The notes under the pieces: generated by a model
Database searches by the model: none
Told to the model about the DNA's origin: nothing
The model's input: the letters and a program-made list of their open reading frames with translations, nothing else
Shown here: in pieces, positions 23,776 to 34,862 of the stretch
How the letters are laid out: each line of letters starts with the position of its first letter
Position numbering within the stretch: the stretch's first letter is position 1
Translations under genes and position numbers: made by a program
NCBI GenBank assembly: GCA_020891255.1
Contig: BQFW01000001.1
Span: 1,426,001 to 1,490,000 of the forward strand
DNA from: Entomortierella parvispora E1425
Lineage: Eukaryota; Fungi; Mortierellomycota
Length of the DNA stretch: 64,000 bases
Direction of reading: 5' to 3'

Positions 23776-25485
23776 GGCATTTTCACATTCTGCTGTAAAC
23801 ATCTTTCCGCGCTCGCTTGTTATTCACTTTCATCTGATGCTGACTTTTTTCTTTGCTGAAATTGGATAGGTCTACCGAACAAAAGCATGTCAAACATAGA
23901 GCAGACATTGAGCAACGGTCCATTTCCGGCTGACCCCAAAAATTCTATCGAGAACGTCGACAATAGCGATTCCGGCAATGAAATCAACGGCACATGGTCC
24001 GCGTTAAAAGAAGCACGTCAAATGGGCTTTGGATATGATCGCCAAGAAGGAAGAGGTGACCATGCCCATCTTTGGTCCTTGAGGTGCGAGTGGAGTAGGC
24101 GAACATCTGCTTCCCACCTTTGCTTGCTTGGAATCTTTCTTGCGGGGGATCGTGGCTTGGCTGAACAAGGATTCCTCCGCCTGGAGAGTGAGAACGTGGC
24201 GACAATCATCGTTCCTCTGCTTTCATCGTTGCTGATTCGCAGGATGTCAACTTCCGGCCTCCTGGCTCCAAGATGGTCCCTTCTTTATCAGCACTCCTTC
24301 TGCCAATCTCTTCATTCGGCCATTCATTACTTCAATGGAAGTGAAGAAAAAACCCTACTCTTTCGCGCGCTCATTTCATCGCATCGGACCCACTGTCGCG
24401 TCTGATGAGCACTTGGGACAAGCAGGTTGACAAGTTGTGTTGGTCCTCAATCCTGCTGTTTAGCCACTCGCCCCTGCTTCGGCTCCTTTGCTGTTTACTA
24501 GGCTTCCAGATTGACAGGCCATCTTACAGGATGAGTGGCGCCGGCTGAGCTAGCAGGTAGGGGAAAGGAAAACGCGAGCTGCAGGAGTGGATACCTCTTC
24601 TGGACTCAACTCTGGACCCGATCTAACTTCGCCAACCCTCCACCACCAACAGGAAGAGTGGGGAAAGTTCATACATTCTGTGTGCTAAAAGCAATCGAGG
24701 TGGTGATCCCTTCATGACATCGCCCCTATCGTTGCAACATGTCCTAGCAACAGAGGCTATTGAAATGTCCTCCCGCAACAACTCAAGGAACTATGATCAT
24801 GTCAAGCACGAGAGTCGGCCTTGTTTACGACTACCCCTCAACAGGAGCACCTTGGACAGGATCTTGCTCGATCGGAAAAGTGGGGAGACGAGTGGTGTTA
24901 ATGGATCGTTTTGTTGCACCGTCAGGAGAGAAGGAGGCTGGGCATGGTTGTGACTACATGCTCCAGATATGAACAACATACATGGCTCTCTCCTCCCAAA
25001 TTACACGCGGATAATATCATGCAGGAACCCCAACAGCTTACCTACTGCCTCATTAGAGCTGGTCAAATAAGGATCTTTCGCAGGTATGGGATTGATAGCC
25101 TCGTAGAGTCCATTGGAAAGAGATACAACGTCGCACAACTGAAGAGATCGCTGCCGAGTCATCTTTGGGATACAAGAGAAGAAGTCGACAAAGCAGAGGT
25201 CAAGCTGCGGGAATTACACTCTCCATGGCAAAAAGCATACATGTATTCAAATAATAAAACTCCTGCTACATCCTTATTTGAAGTGCGACAGATCGTGTTC
25301 ATGCGAGGAAATGTGTGGTGCTTGAGAAAATATCTGTCCCTTTAATACATTATTTCATCCTCAGTTGGCTTTACCTCCATTGAATGTTCAGGGTGTAATA
25401 ATACACATGCGACATGAGGCAGTATGGATTTTTCTCGGGTAAGATGGTTCTATCCTATTTCATCCTGTATTTACTCACAAGGACT

Positions 25486-28400
25486 TCAGAGCTGATCTTT
25501 CGCCCCTCGTTGCTTCAACAACCGTCTATTCATCTCACTTAACCCCAGGACGTCTTGGATAGAAACCTGCGACAATTCGAGTGCGTACGGGGCTGATCGC
25601 CATTTCAAGCGCATCTTAACCTCGGTGTCATCCTCAACAACCTGCCACATTCGAACAGATTGATCGTTACTGCCAACCGCGAGATACATATGGTCCGGAG
25701 CAGCCTTCCATGCAAGAGCGAAGACAGCATCTTGATAAACATCCAGTGTAAATTTGCAATGACCAGTGTGTGCATCCCACAGTCGTACAGTCTTGTCATC
25801 ACTGCCAGATGCGATTCGGTGGCCGCTAGGTGAAAATGCCACAGAATAGACACCGCTGGTATGACCCTTCAAGGAAGAGACAAGCTCACCAGTCTGTGCA
25901 TCCCACAGTTGCACAATCCCGTCATAACCGCCGGATGCAATCTGGTGGCCGCTAGGTGAAAATACCACAAAAATGACGCCATGGGTATGGGCACTCAAAG
26001 AAGCGGCAAGGGCACCAGTCTGTGCATCCCACAGTCTCACAGTCCCATCAACACTGCATGATGCGATCTGGTCACCGCTAGGTGAAAATGCCACAGATCT
26101 GACGCGGTCGGTATGGCCTCTCAAGGACATTATAAGAGCACCAGTATGTGCATTCCATAGTCGCACAGTCTCGTCGTCGCTACCTGTGGCGATTTGATAC
26201 CCGCTAGGCGAAAACGCCACAGATCGTACCCAGTCGGTATGGCCACTCAAGCAAGTGACATCGGCGCCAGTCTGTGTATCCCACAGTCGCACGGTTTTGT
26301 CAAAACTAGCTGATGCGATCTGGTGGCCGCTAGTTGAAAACGCCACAGAATTGACGACCTCGGCATGGCCACCCAAGGAAGTGACAAGGGCACCAGTCTG
26401 TGCATCCCACAGTCGCACAGTCCTGTCACTACTGCCTGATGCGATCTGGCAACTGTTGGGTGAAAATACCACAGAATTGACGCGGTGGTTATGGCCGCTC
26501 AAGGAAGTGACAATAGCACCAGTCTGTGCATCCCACAGTCTCACAGTCCCGTCATGACTGCACGATGCGATGTGGTGGCCACTCGGTGAAAACGCCACAG
26601 AATTGACCCACTCGGTATGTCCACTCAAGGAAGCGACAAGAGCACCAGTCTGTGTATCCCACAGTCGCACAGTCTTGTCACGACTACACGACGCGATCTG
26701 ATGGCCACTAGGTGAAAATGCCATAGATAAGACATCGTTTGTATGGCCACTCAGACAAGTGAAAACGGCACCATTCTGTGCATCCAACAGTCGCACAGTC
26801 CTGTCATCGCTGCCAGATGCGATTTGGCGGCCGCTAGGTGAAAACGCCACAGAATTGACCCAGCCAGTATGGCCACTCAAGCAAGTGACAAGAGCACCAG
26901 TCTGTGCATCCCACAGTCTCACAGTCCCATCATCACTGCATGATGCGATCTGGTCACCGCTAGGTGAAAACGCCACAGATTTGACTTCGTCGGTATGGCC
27001 GCTCAAGGAAATGAGTAGGGCACCAGTCTGTGCATCCCACAGTCGGACAGTCCTGTCACTCCCGCCTGATACGATCTTGTCGCCCCTTGGTGAAAATGCC
27101 ACAGAAGAGATCTTGTCCGCACGGTCAGTTAAGCAAGTGACAAGAGCTCCAGTCTGTGCATTCCACAATCGCACAGTCCCATCATCACTGCATGATGCGA
27201 TCTGGTTACCGCTAGGTGAAAACGCCACAGATCTCACCCAGTCAGTATGGCCACTCAATGAAGTAACAAAAGCGCCAGTCTGTACATCCAAATGGCCCAC
27301 AGTCCTGTCAACATTGCCTGACGTTGAATATTCGGCTTTGTCTAAGTTTGTGGTGCCTTCTGCTTCCTCAGTGTCCCGCCGGAAGAGCACCTTGGTCCAT
27401 GTTGATGTATCGTACACAACAATCTCTCCATTACGGAGACCAACTGCCAAGTATTGACCATCTGGAGAGAAATTGCAGCATAACGTGGCATCTTCCTCCT
27501 TCAGATATGGGAATTCGCCAAATGCAACCCCCTCCATCTGAGAACTGCTTAGATCGGCCTGATGCAACCAGACGTTTCGAAGAATAGTGTTTCTCAGATC
27601 TGCTCCTTGAAGCTGAGCTGAATCAAAGTCGCCAGAACTCAGGTCCGCGCCTGGAATTCGGATACCCTTCAGATCTGCTCCATTGAATTGCTCTCCTGCT
27701 TGGATCAGAATCGTGATCGCATTAGCCGCTGCACAACCAGCGGATGTATCGGTCTTGGACAGCTGGACAACAGCATGGAGGTGAGCCTTGAACTCGGCCA
27801 TATGGCGGACCCGATCAGCCAGGAATTGAAGAACCGCCGGCTCAGAGATGAGACTCCGCCGACCCAAAGGATGACCAATCAGAGAAGGTGAAACAGCGGC
27901 AAGAGGAGACGGAGAATCTGAAGAAACCAGCTCTGGCGTGCCTTCCCTGGGGTCATAGATCGAGAGGGCGTAGAAATATTCCAGGATCGACAAGTGACTG
28001 AATCCAAACGTACTCTTGTTCCCGGCTGAGTTATTTCTGCCTTTGCTTTGATCGTGGGTATCAGGAGCCCTAGTTCGACGGATGACTTGACTTGACTCTC
28101 TCAACAGCTGAGAATTGGGTTCGGGACCGAAAAAATCACGCTTCCACGATTTGCTGTCAGCGATACCCCCATACTCTACAGAGTTGACTCCGTTTCCCTC
28201 CTTGAAGATTGCATCTGCAAGCCGTTTTGAGAAGTCAATGCCAAGTTCAACAAAGTCGAGCTCCTCCATTTCTTTGAAGGTCGCAAGGCGATCCGGAAGC
28301 ATCTTTCCCTGCTGTTTTATCAATCGATCCAGCTCGTTCTCGTAGTGTAAATCAACAAATTTGTCGTAGAGCTGGACGCGCGTGATCTCAGTAGTTGTTG

Positions 28401-30876
28401 GTTCCATCGTCGGAAGAACATCCAAGACCATCTTCAGCATGAATGGATTCTTGATCAGGTCCATGATATGATCTATCTTCTCCAGTCGCTCCATGTACTG
28501 CTCAGTGGTCCATCCCAATTTGCTGTTGCTTGTATCCGAGTGGGCAGTGTATTGTGCGATGTACTCTCTGATCTGACTCAACTTGAAGGGAATGATAACG
28601 GTCTCCACGAAGGGATCAACTTTGGCCGGAGACGAGTCGAGGTGGGTGACTGTATCCAGCTGGGGTGTAAAATAGGTACGGTACCCTGGTGCGAGGTATT
28701 GTGTTCGACAGGAAATGACCATCTTGGCCTTCCACTGATTCGGTTTGTTGAACTGATTGTCGGTGTAGAGGTTGGACCGGCTCTGGCTCTCGTCGTATCC
28801 ATCGCAAATCAAAACGAACTCTCGAGATCTCAGTTTTTTAATGTGGGATTCAGAGAACATATTAAGACTGTCGAGGTGTTGCACAATCAGATTCTGGTCC
28901 AAATGTCGGACAGCCTTCAGGTCGATAAAGAGTGGAATTGGATCGCCCAGTTTGTACGCCTTCCAAAGATCCTGCTCTAGTCTAGCGTTGAATGTCGATT
29001 TTCCTGCGCCAGAGTCACCCAGGATGAGTATGACCAGCCCGTTGCCTCCTAGGAACTGGTGCACACAATCATGCAAGGGCTTTGAGTTCTCATCCGAGGC
29101 TTGTAGGTTTGGCTTTGACATCGGAGGGATGTAGACGGCATGCTGACTGTACATTTCTCGCCGTTGGTATCGGAGCCGATCAAGTACAAGCTCCAGTTCC
29201 AGGATATTACTGTCATCGTTCAGCAAATCGGATGATGTCTGTGAACGGCAGTGGATCATCCCTGGGTGCTGAAGTGCGAATGCTCTCTCGTCTCCACGGC
29301 CCTCGAGTTCAAGGGCTAGGTTGAGTGCTTGCTGCTTGATCATATCGTTGTCGGAGTCAAGAGAGAGCTCAGTCTTGGGGGACTTCGAGATGTCGTGAAG
29401 GAGCGTCAAAATCCATCTTCGGACATCTCGATGCTTTGTCAAGCCAGAGTTGCTCTCAAACATCTTGCCAAGGAGAAGAATGGCACGCCCACGCGTGGTT
29501 GTGTCCCATGTTGGATCGATGGCCATTGCGCCAATGATCAAACAGACACCCCACTGGAAAAACGGTTCCTGGCAACAGTCGGTTTCGCAGATGAATCGGT
29601 TGAAATCGACGAGTCGGCCCTCGTTCACCATTGCCTCGGCCCTTCGGACAGCAACGAACCATGTATTCTGCTCATCAGGTCCAAAGTGCTTCTTGAGAAT
29701 TTCAATGAGCTCTCTTCCGTTCTTGATCACCTCAGGAAGACCCTCTGCTACACCGCCAAAGTCCAGCTGGATAACACCCGAGGTTGTCATCAATCCTCCA
29801 ATCAAGCCGAGTCCACTGCGAGTGAGTCTATGTCGCAATGTTTCGTCATCAGGAATCAGCTGCAAGGCCCTGTAAGCGTACTCGACCTGGTACCGCACTA
29901 GTGGATCCGTGTGCTTCTTCAATTTGGACAGGATCTCGAGCAACGGTTCGTGCTCCTCTGCGCGGTTCAAATCCTTTGCTCCACCTTCCACCATGATCAC
30001 AAGCACCTTCGAGATGGCGATTGTCAAATGAATGATAGTGGCTGTCTCCTGCTGGGCAGAATCCTTGAAATGTCGTCGGATGGCCCTCAGGATCTTGATA
30101 GGAACATCTGCGAGGAGATAGAAGGGAGGGGCGTGTTCGACTAACTTGACCAGTCCTTGAAGCAAGTCGACGCTAAGAATATCCTTGATCGCGAGCTCGT
30201 AAAGAAACTGATTGAGCAAGGCCCGGTACAGTTCCTTGTCCAAAACAGGTCCGAGGAGGACAATTTCGCGGATGGCATCCGACTTTTTGATGGGGAGGTC
30301 AATAAACCTGTCGACCATCTGGCTCATCAACCGGCGGATGTTTTCTTTTTCCAAAGGCCGTTCGTTCATCTCCTGTATCCATTTGATTTGAGAAGGCGTG
30401 AGGGCATCCGTATTGACGATTGTGCTGGCCGACTCTGAATCCGACATTCCGGCTAAAGTCGATGCTAGTAGCTCAGCACAAGCAACGAGTTGTTCTGTGG
30501 ACTCGATGTCTTGTCCAACTTTTGGCAAAGGGGTGACTTCTCCGATCTTGGTGGCATCCATGGAAAATATGTCCAATGCTCCAGACATCGTGTTTGGGAC
30601 TGCAACGTTGGAACATTTTGGATTGGTTGGGGTATCTGATGGGGGACTTGGCGCAGATGTGGAAGCTGCCGCTGAGACTAGAGCTGAATTGCGAATGGCC
30701 TTTGGTGCGACTCTTGCAGTTGTTGAGGCTGACTTTGAACCCTTTCCTGCTTTTGGGACCGCAACAGAGAACGACATCTTGCTCATACCAAATATGGCGG
30801 CTGCTATGCTGCTTCTTGAACTAGATGCGCTTCCATCCTTTGCATGGGACTTTGAGGTCTGAGGTGACTTTGACAT
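25486..30876 (-). CDS. NLR-like STAND protein: ARM-like - NACHT - pentapeptide - WD40 (1796 aa)
   Basis: Walker A ILGDSGAGKSTF (~29000); Walker B FVLICDGYDE; KMVISCR; pentapeptide repeats GADLKGIRIPGADLSSGDFDSAQLQGADL (~27540-27690); 12 conserved 42-aa WD40 repeats plus degenerate flanking ones. Confidence 0.93.
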   Translation of the reverse strand: MSKSPQTSKSHAKDGSASSSRSSIAAAIFGMSKMSFSVAVPKAGKGSKSASTTARVAPKAIRNSALVSAAASTSAPSPPSDTPTNPKCSNVAVPNTMSGALDIFSMDATKIGEVTPLPKVGQDIESTEQLVACAELLASTLAGMSDSESASTIVNTDALTPSQIKWIQEMNERPLEKENIRRLMSQMVDRFIDLPIKKSDAIREIVLLGPVLDKELYRALLNQFLYELAIKDILSVDLLQGLVKLVEHAPPFYLLADVPIKILRAIRRHFKDSAQQETATIIHLTIAISKVLVIMVEGGAKDLNRAEEHEPLLEILSKLKKHTDPLVRYQVEYAYRALQLIPDDETLRHRLTRSGLGLIGGLMTTSGVIQLDFGGVAEGLPEVIKNGRELIEILKKHFGPDEQNTWFVAVRRAEAMVNEGRLVDFNRFICETDCCQEPFFQWGVCLIIGAMAIDPTWDTTTRGRAILLLGKMFESNSGLTKHRDVRRWILTLLHDISKSPKTELSLDSDNDMIKQQALNLALELEGRGDERAFALQHPGMIHCRSQTSSDLLNDDSNILELELVLDRLRYQRREMYSQHAVYIPPMSKPNLQASDENSKPLHDCVHQFLGGNGLVILILGDSGAGKSTFNARLEQDLWKAYKLGDPIPLFIDLKAVRHLDQNLIVQHLDSLNMFSESHIKKLRSREFVLICDGYDESQSRSNLYTDNQFNKPNQWKAKMVISCRTQYLAPGYRTYFTPQLDTVTHLDSSPAKVDPFVETVIIPFKLSQIREYIAQYTAHSDTSNSKLGWTTEQYMERLEKIDHIMDLIKNPFMLKMVLDVLPTMEPTTTEITRVQLYDKFVDLHYENELDRLIKQQGKMLPDRLATFKEMEELDFVELGIDFSKRLADAIFKEGNGVNSVEYGGIADSKSWKRDFFGPEPNSQLLRESSQVIRRTRAPDTHDQSKGRNNSAGNKSTFGFSHLSILEYFYALSIYDPREGTPELVSSDSPSPLAAVSPSLIGHPLGRRSLISEPAVLQFLADRVRHMAEFKAHLHAVVQLSKTDTSAGCAAANAITILIQAGEQFNGADLKGIRIPGADLSSGDFDSAQLQGADLRNTILRNVWLHQADLSSSQMEGVAFGEFPYLKEEDATLCCNFSPDGQYLAVGLRNGEIVVYDTSTWTKVLFRRDTEEAEGTTNLDKAEYSTSGNVDRTVGHLDVQTGAFVTSLSGHTDWVRSVAFSPSGNQIASCSDDGTVRLWNAQTGALVTCLTDRADKISSVAFSPRGDKIVSGGSDRTVRLWDAQTGALLISLSGHTDEVKSVAFSPSGDQIASCSDDGTVRLWDAQTGALVTCLSGHTGWVNSVAFSPSGRQIASGSDDRTVRLLDAQNGAVFTCLSGHTNDVLSMAFSPSGHQIASCSRDKTVRLWDTQTGALVASLSGHTEWVNSVAFSPSGHHIASCSHDGTVRLWDAQTGAIVTSLSGHNHRVNSVVFSPNSCQIASGSSDRTVRLWDAQTGALVTSLGGHAEVVNSVAFSTSGHQIASASFDKTVRLWDTQTGADVTCLSGHTDWVRSVAFSPSGYQIATGSDDETVRLWNAHTGALIMSLRGHTDRVRSVAFSPSGDQIASCSVDGTVRLWDAQTGALAASLSAHTHGVIFVVFSPSGHQIASGGYDGIVQLWDAQTGELVSSLKGHTSGVYSVAFSPSGHRIASGSDDKTVRLWDAHTGHCKFTLDVYQDAVFALAWKAAPDHMYLAVGSNDQSVRMWQVVEDDTEVKMRLKWRSAPYALELSQVSIQDVLGLSEMNRRLLKQRGAKDQL
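25660..27330 (-). repeat. Coding WD40 tandem array, 126-bp period
   Basis: CCACAG anchors at 26343 and 26469; unit LSGHTxxVxSVAFSPSGxQIASxSxDxTVRLWDAQTGA. Confidence 0.95.
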
Positions 30877-32353
30877 TTCCTAAATCTTGGTAGGGATAAG
30901 AGGCGGGCATGAGTCGTTATGGTCCAATTATCCAATTACAATGCACCTCTTTGGTTGACCCTCTATCCTCACCTTGAAAGTCTTGTCTCTTGTCTTTTGA
31001 TATTCTCCCTTTGATTCCAAGGCAGTGGGCTGTAGCAGCGAAGGAGGCCGACTAGTAACAAAAGAGAATGACGAGCAGCAATTGCCTATCGTTAGCACCT
31101 GTGGCAGGACAAAGTTCATAGTACTCATGTGTATGGATACGAGGCACTTACGCAAACCTGGATAGTGGCAATCGCAGAGTTTCCCACGTTTAAGAATCTT
31201 CGGAGGTGGGGATCCAGATAGCTGATGCAGCAGAGCTCTCGTCGTTGGGAAGTGAGTGTACCGAAACAGTGGTGCAATAAGAGGATCACTCTTCCTAAAG
31301 GTAGATGCTGATGCTGTGGGATCAACGACAGTCGACTTCTCTATTGCGCGAAGGGGAGATAAGGGTCAGCATATGCAGAAAGTAATAAGAGTATTTCATG
31401 TTTTGATGACAGGTTCCCTACGTGTGGAAGGAGACAAAGGTCCAGGTAGCAAGGAGGAAGAGATTGGAACTCGATGGAACAAATGCAGCGAATGACCAAT
31501 GGCAAATGCTGAATGGATGGAATGGAAATGAGATGAAGACCAGATTGCAAGCGGTCGAGATCGAGTCTTGCAAAATAAGATTTTCGGATGCTTTGCCATG
31601 CTCACAAGTCATCCCGCCCTGCCTTCTCTCTTTGCTCCACGGCGATACAGCTGGGAACGGTACAAAAGGAGCAAAAAGTACCGAGGATACCGCCATTTGT
31701 TGAATGTCCTCGGGGGAATGATTGTTGCCTTGGGAGGTGAATATGATTGCATCAAAGGATGATCCACTGACTCATTGCCATCGCAACACGCGTCAGCGAC
31801 GCGACCCCCTTTGCAAAAAAAATGGACAGTTTGTCGAGTCTCATTGAAGCGGTTTTGTGCTTTTCAGGTTTTCGTCCATGTAATCGCAATGAAAGAGAGG
31901 CTTTCGCGTCGCGAAGTAAAGAAAGAGGAGTCTGGTAACAACGGCCATCGATATGCTTTGGACCATCTTTCTGTTTGTTCGCTTCTCACAGCCGCTTCCT
32001 AGAGTTGTGGCTTGCGTGGGTTGGATCACAGAGTAGTTCTTTCCAGATTTCTACTGGATCGAGGTAACGAGGCAGTGCACGATCGATCGACACCGCAGGC
32101 ATGTTCCTTCATCTTTTTTGTTTTGAATGGCACGAACAATGATCTTCGCGGCAGTTGCACGGGAACATTGAGTTTTTTTTTTTTGTTTGCCTGCAGACAC
32201 AAAATCAATCTGCTACCCCGATGCTCTTCAATCTCAACCTGCCACCCTTGAAGTAAACGAGTGGCGACGGCGCGATTCACTGTGGGAGCCAACCATTCAC
32301 TTTTGGTGGCTTTGAAATGTCATTAAAATCATCGCGTTTATTTATGATTGCTC

Positions 32354-32926
32354 TTAAGGCAGGGAAGGATGAAGTCTTCTTCGGTCTCGGGACCTAGACT
32401 TGGATCTGGACCCAAGACTCTTGAACAAAGAGGCCAAGCGTCTTTTGACAGGAACCCTTTTATAGTTGGGCACCCCATCCAGAAGGGTCTCAAGGTGAGG
32501 AGTCCGACTATGAAGACTCGTATGCAAGTCAATGAGGAACTCGACCACAAACCCTTGACAGTTCCTTCTCAAGATGTCATACTTTGTATACTCATAAAGA
32601 CTGTGCAGGAACCACTCGTACAGTTCACGCGGACAGAGGGTCAATTTCCCCAACAGGAAGACCTTGCCCGCGTAATGCTGAGGGAACCGTTCGACCAAGA
32701 GTTGACCCTGTTGACTTAAGAAATGGTTCTCCAGAAACTCGACCGTGATCCTCTCTTCGCCCAGGACAATCAGCAGCTTCCAGTGCTTGAAGTCTCGAAG
32801 TTTCTGACCATCCCCTCGACCAGGGAGCCATTTAAAGTCAGCCAGTCGCTCGTAAATGATATAGAGTTCACCCTCGATTTCACCCGCTTGCAGCTCATCC
32901 AAGCGGGTACGGAGGGAATCTTCCAT
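32354..32926 (-). CDS. Permuted papain-fold (PPPDE/LRAT/NlpC-P60-like) His-Cys peptidase-like protein (~190 aa)
   Basis: Intronless ORF from MEDSLR; N-terminal HWKLLIV (candidate catalytic His) and YDILRRNCQGFVVEFL, matching the Y-x-L/I-x-x-x-N-C signature of permuted papain-like enzymes; basic Ser/Arg tail. Confidence 0.65.
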   Translation of the reverse strand: MEDSLRTRLDELQAGEIEGELYIIYERLADFKWLPGRGDGQKLRDFKHWKLLIVLGEERITVEFLENHFLSQQGQLLVERFPQHYAGKVFLLGKLTLCPRELYEWFLHSLYEYTKYDILRRNCQGFVVEFLIDLHTSLHSRTPHLETLLDGVPNYKRVPVKRRLASLFKSLGSRSKSRSRDRRRLHPSLP

Positions 32927-34577
32927 GTTTTTTCGGCCTGGTCGCAACCTTTTTAGCAACTCTTCGCTGTGTGCTAGTGAGCAAGTTCATAAAAAGAGAG
33001 CAGTGGGCTTGAGTTTGATGCGACTCAGGGGTCACATGGCAAATGATCTATGGCGCTTCTCTTTCCAGACACTCCTTCGACACAATCTACATGTTAAGTG
33101 CCCCAGGTCGTCCGCAGCACTTTTGATAATGGACGTAGGGGTGCTGTGCCATGGCAAGGGTAGAATACTTACGGTCAGGTAACGCGCGCATTGCACAAGT
33201 TGTCCACGGGAGTGGCGGATTATGGTTGATTTCAGGGGTGAAGGAGGTTCGATGGTCGTTCGTAAGGGCCAATGTCAACAGTGACAGAGGTTCAATGACA
33301 AGTAGTGAGTGAGTGCCTAGAGTGAGGGGAGTGAAGGATGGCAGATGGACAAGAGGGGACAGCAAGCGAATCGACTTGTTTATTTATGGGCAGGCGTGCC
33401 CCTGCCCATGGTCCCATGGACCCAACGGCCACACCCTGCCCAATGCCTAAATTGCAAGTTACGTGTCTCCATTTTTCCGAATGCAGTGCCAATCTCTAAT
33501 TGCAATAAAAGTCTCCAGCGCCTCATCGTCAGTATCCTCGACATCGACTTTGCTGCCATGAAGGCACTCAAGCATGCCATGCAAGGCAAAGGAAAAAAAC
33601 CAAAAAAATTGAGCAGTTCACGTAACTTAGCTATAAAAGTGCGATTCTCCTTCCTCTTCTTCCTTTGTCTCAGTACCGCCTCCACAATCGATCTCTCCCG
33701 GCCATATCTCTCGACCCAATCCAAGTCTCTTGTTGACTTTACAATCAAGCCAGGGCGCACACTCTATCAGTGATATATATCCCGCGTTCGTCAAGTCATC
33801 CTCCCAGCCATAGTCTTGTTTTACATTCACGAACCTAATATGGGCTCTAGTTTGTCTTCGCATTCCAAGGCCAGCCTTGACGCGGATATCTCGCCTCATT
33901 CGCTGAGCCTCCGAGTCCGAGAGGTGGATGTCAAAATCGACATTAACAACGGCAACGCCCAGCCTGCGTTACCCCAACACCTCAATAGCCAGTCAGTGTC
34001 GCCCGAGGCGCCAAAGGCAAAGGGACGAAAGTTTAACCTGCGACGCCGACGGGGGTGGCGAAAAGTTCAAGTTTGATGACATTTTTTTTTTTTTTTTTTG
34101 CATGACGGCATGGTATACCACCATTCCTCGGCTATGTAGTCGTGTCTATCTAAAATACCTCCAAATAAAAAGCCCAGTTTGCCTGATCAGAGGCAGCGTC
34201 GGTAATTTACATACGATAAACTCTGTGCGAAACATGATGTTCCCCCTTGAGGCATGATGTCCTCTTATGCATGCATGTTTGATCCCTCAAAAATGTGTGA
34301 CTGGGTTCTACGAAAGCACGTCCAGTCCAATTGGGCAAAGGAATTTGGGGGGAGAACGCGTTTGGCGAAAATGAACAGCGATGACGAGACGATGACTGCA
34401 AAAAGGACTCGCAGTGACATCCTCATGACGGCGACAAAAGCCCAGGATAGATGGAATGGCAAATGAACAAAAAAAAAAAAAAAAAAAAAGCTATATAGAG
34501 GAGCCGGGGCCAGACATCCACTTGACCACTCTATTTCCCTCACTTCAAGAAACACACACAAACAAAACATACACATC

Positions 34578-34862
34578 ATGTCTTCAAGAATCGTCAACAA
34601 CGTCAAGGCTGCCCTCGGAGGCGCCAAGAAATCTGTCGGCTCTGTTCTCGGGAACAAATCCATGCAAGCCTCGGGGAAGGTCCAGCAGGCCGAGGCACAG
34701 GCCGCCAACCTCGCTGCACGTGCAGAGCAGCAGGCCAAGGGAGTAGGACACAACATCAAAGGCGCTGCACAAGAAACGTTAGGCTCCGTGACGGGCAACA
34801 AGACCCTGGAGGGGAAGGGCAAGGTAAACAGTGCACGAGGAGACGCAGAGCGCAAGATCTAA
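34578..34862 (+). CDS. CsbD/Hmp1-like small stress protein (94 aa)
   Basis: Repeated K-G-x-x-x-E-x-x-G-x-x-x-GN-x-x-x-x-x-x-G pattern (GSVLGNKSMQASG; GSVTGNKTLEGKG); small, Gly/Ala/Lys-rich. Confidence 0.75.
   Translation: MSSRIVNNVKAALGGAKKSVGSVLGNKSMQASGKVQQAEAQAANLAARAEQQAKGVGHNIKGAAQETLGSVTGNKTLEGKGKVNSARGDAERKI

Noticed and set aside
25660-27330. Regular 126-bp repeats as a CRISPR-like array
   Set aside because: The whole unit is conserved coding sequence (WD40) within one ORF; there are no unique spacers and the DNA is eukaryotic.
31150-31600. Additional coding 5' exons for the NACHT-WD40 gene
   Set aside because: Splice-like signals exist, but no frame gives a convincing protein or a clear ATG; these are more likely 5' UTR exons.
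30877-33300. Amyloid signalling motif (HRAM/PP/sigma type) pairing an NLR with an adjacent effector
   Set aside because: No G/N/Q-rich pseudo-repeat was recognised at either NLR N-terminus or at the peptidase C-terminus.
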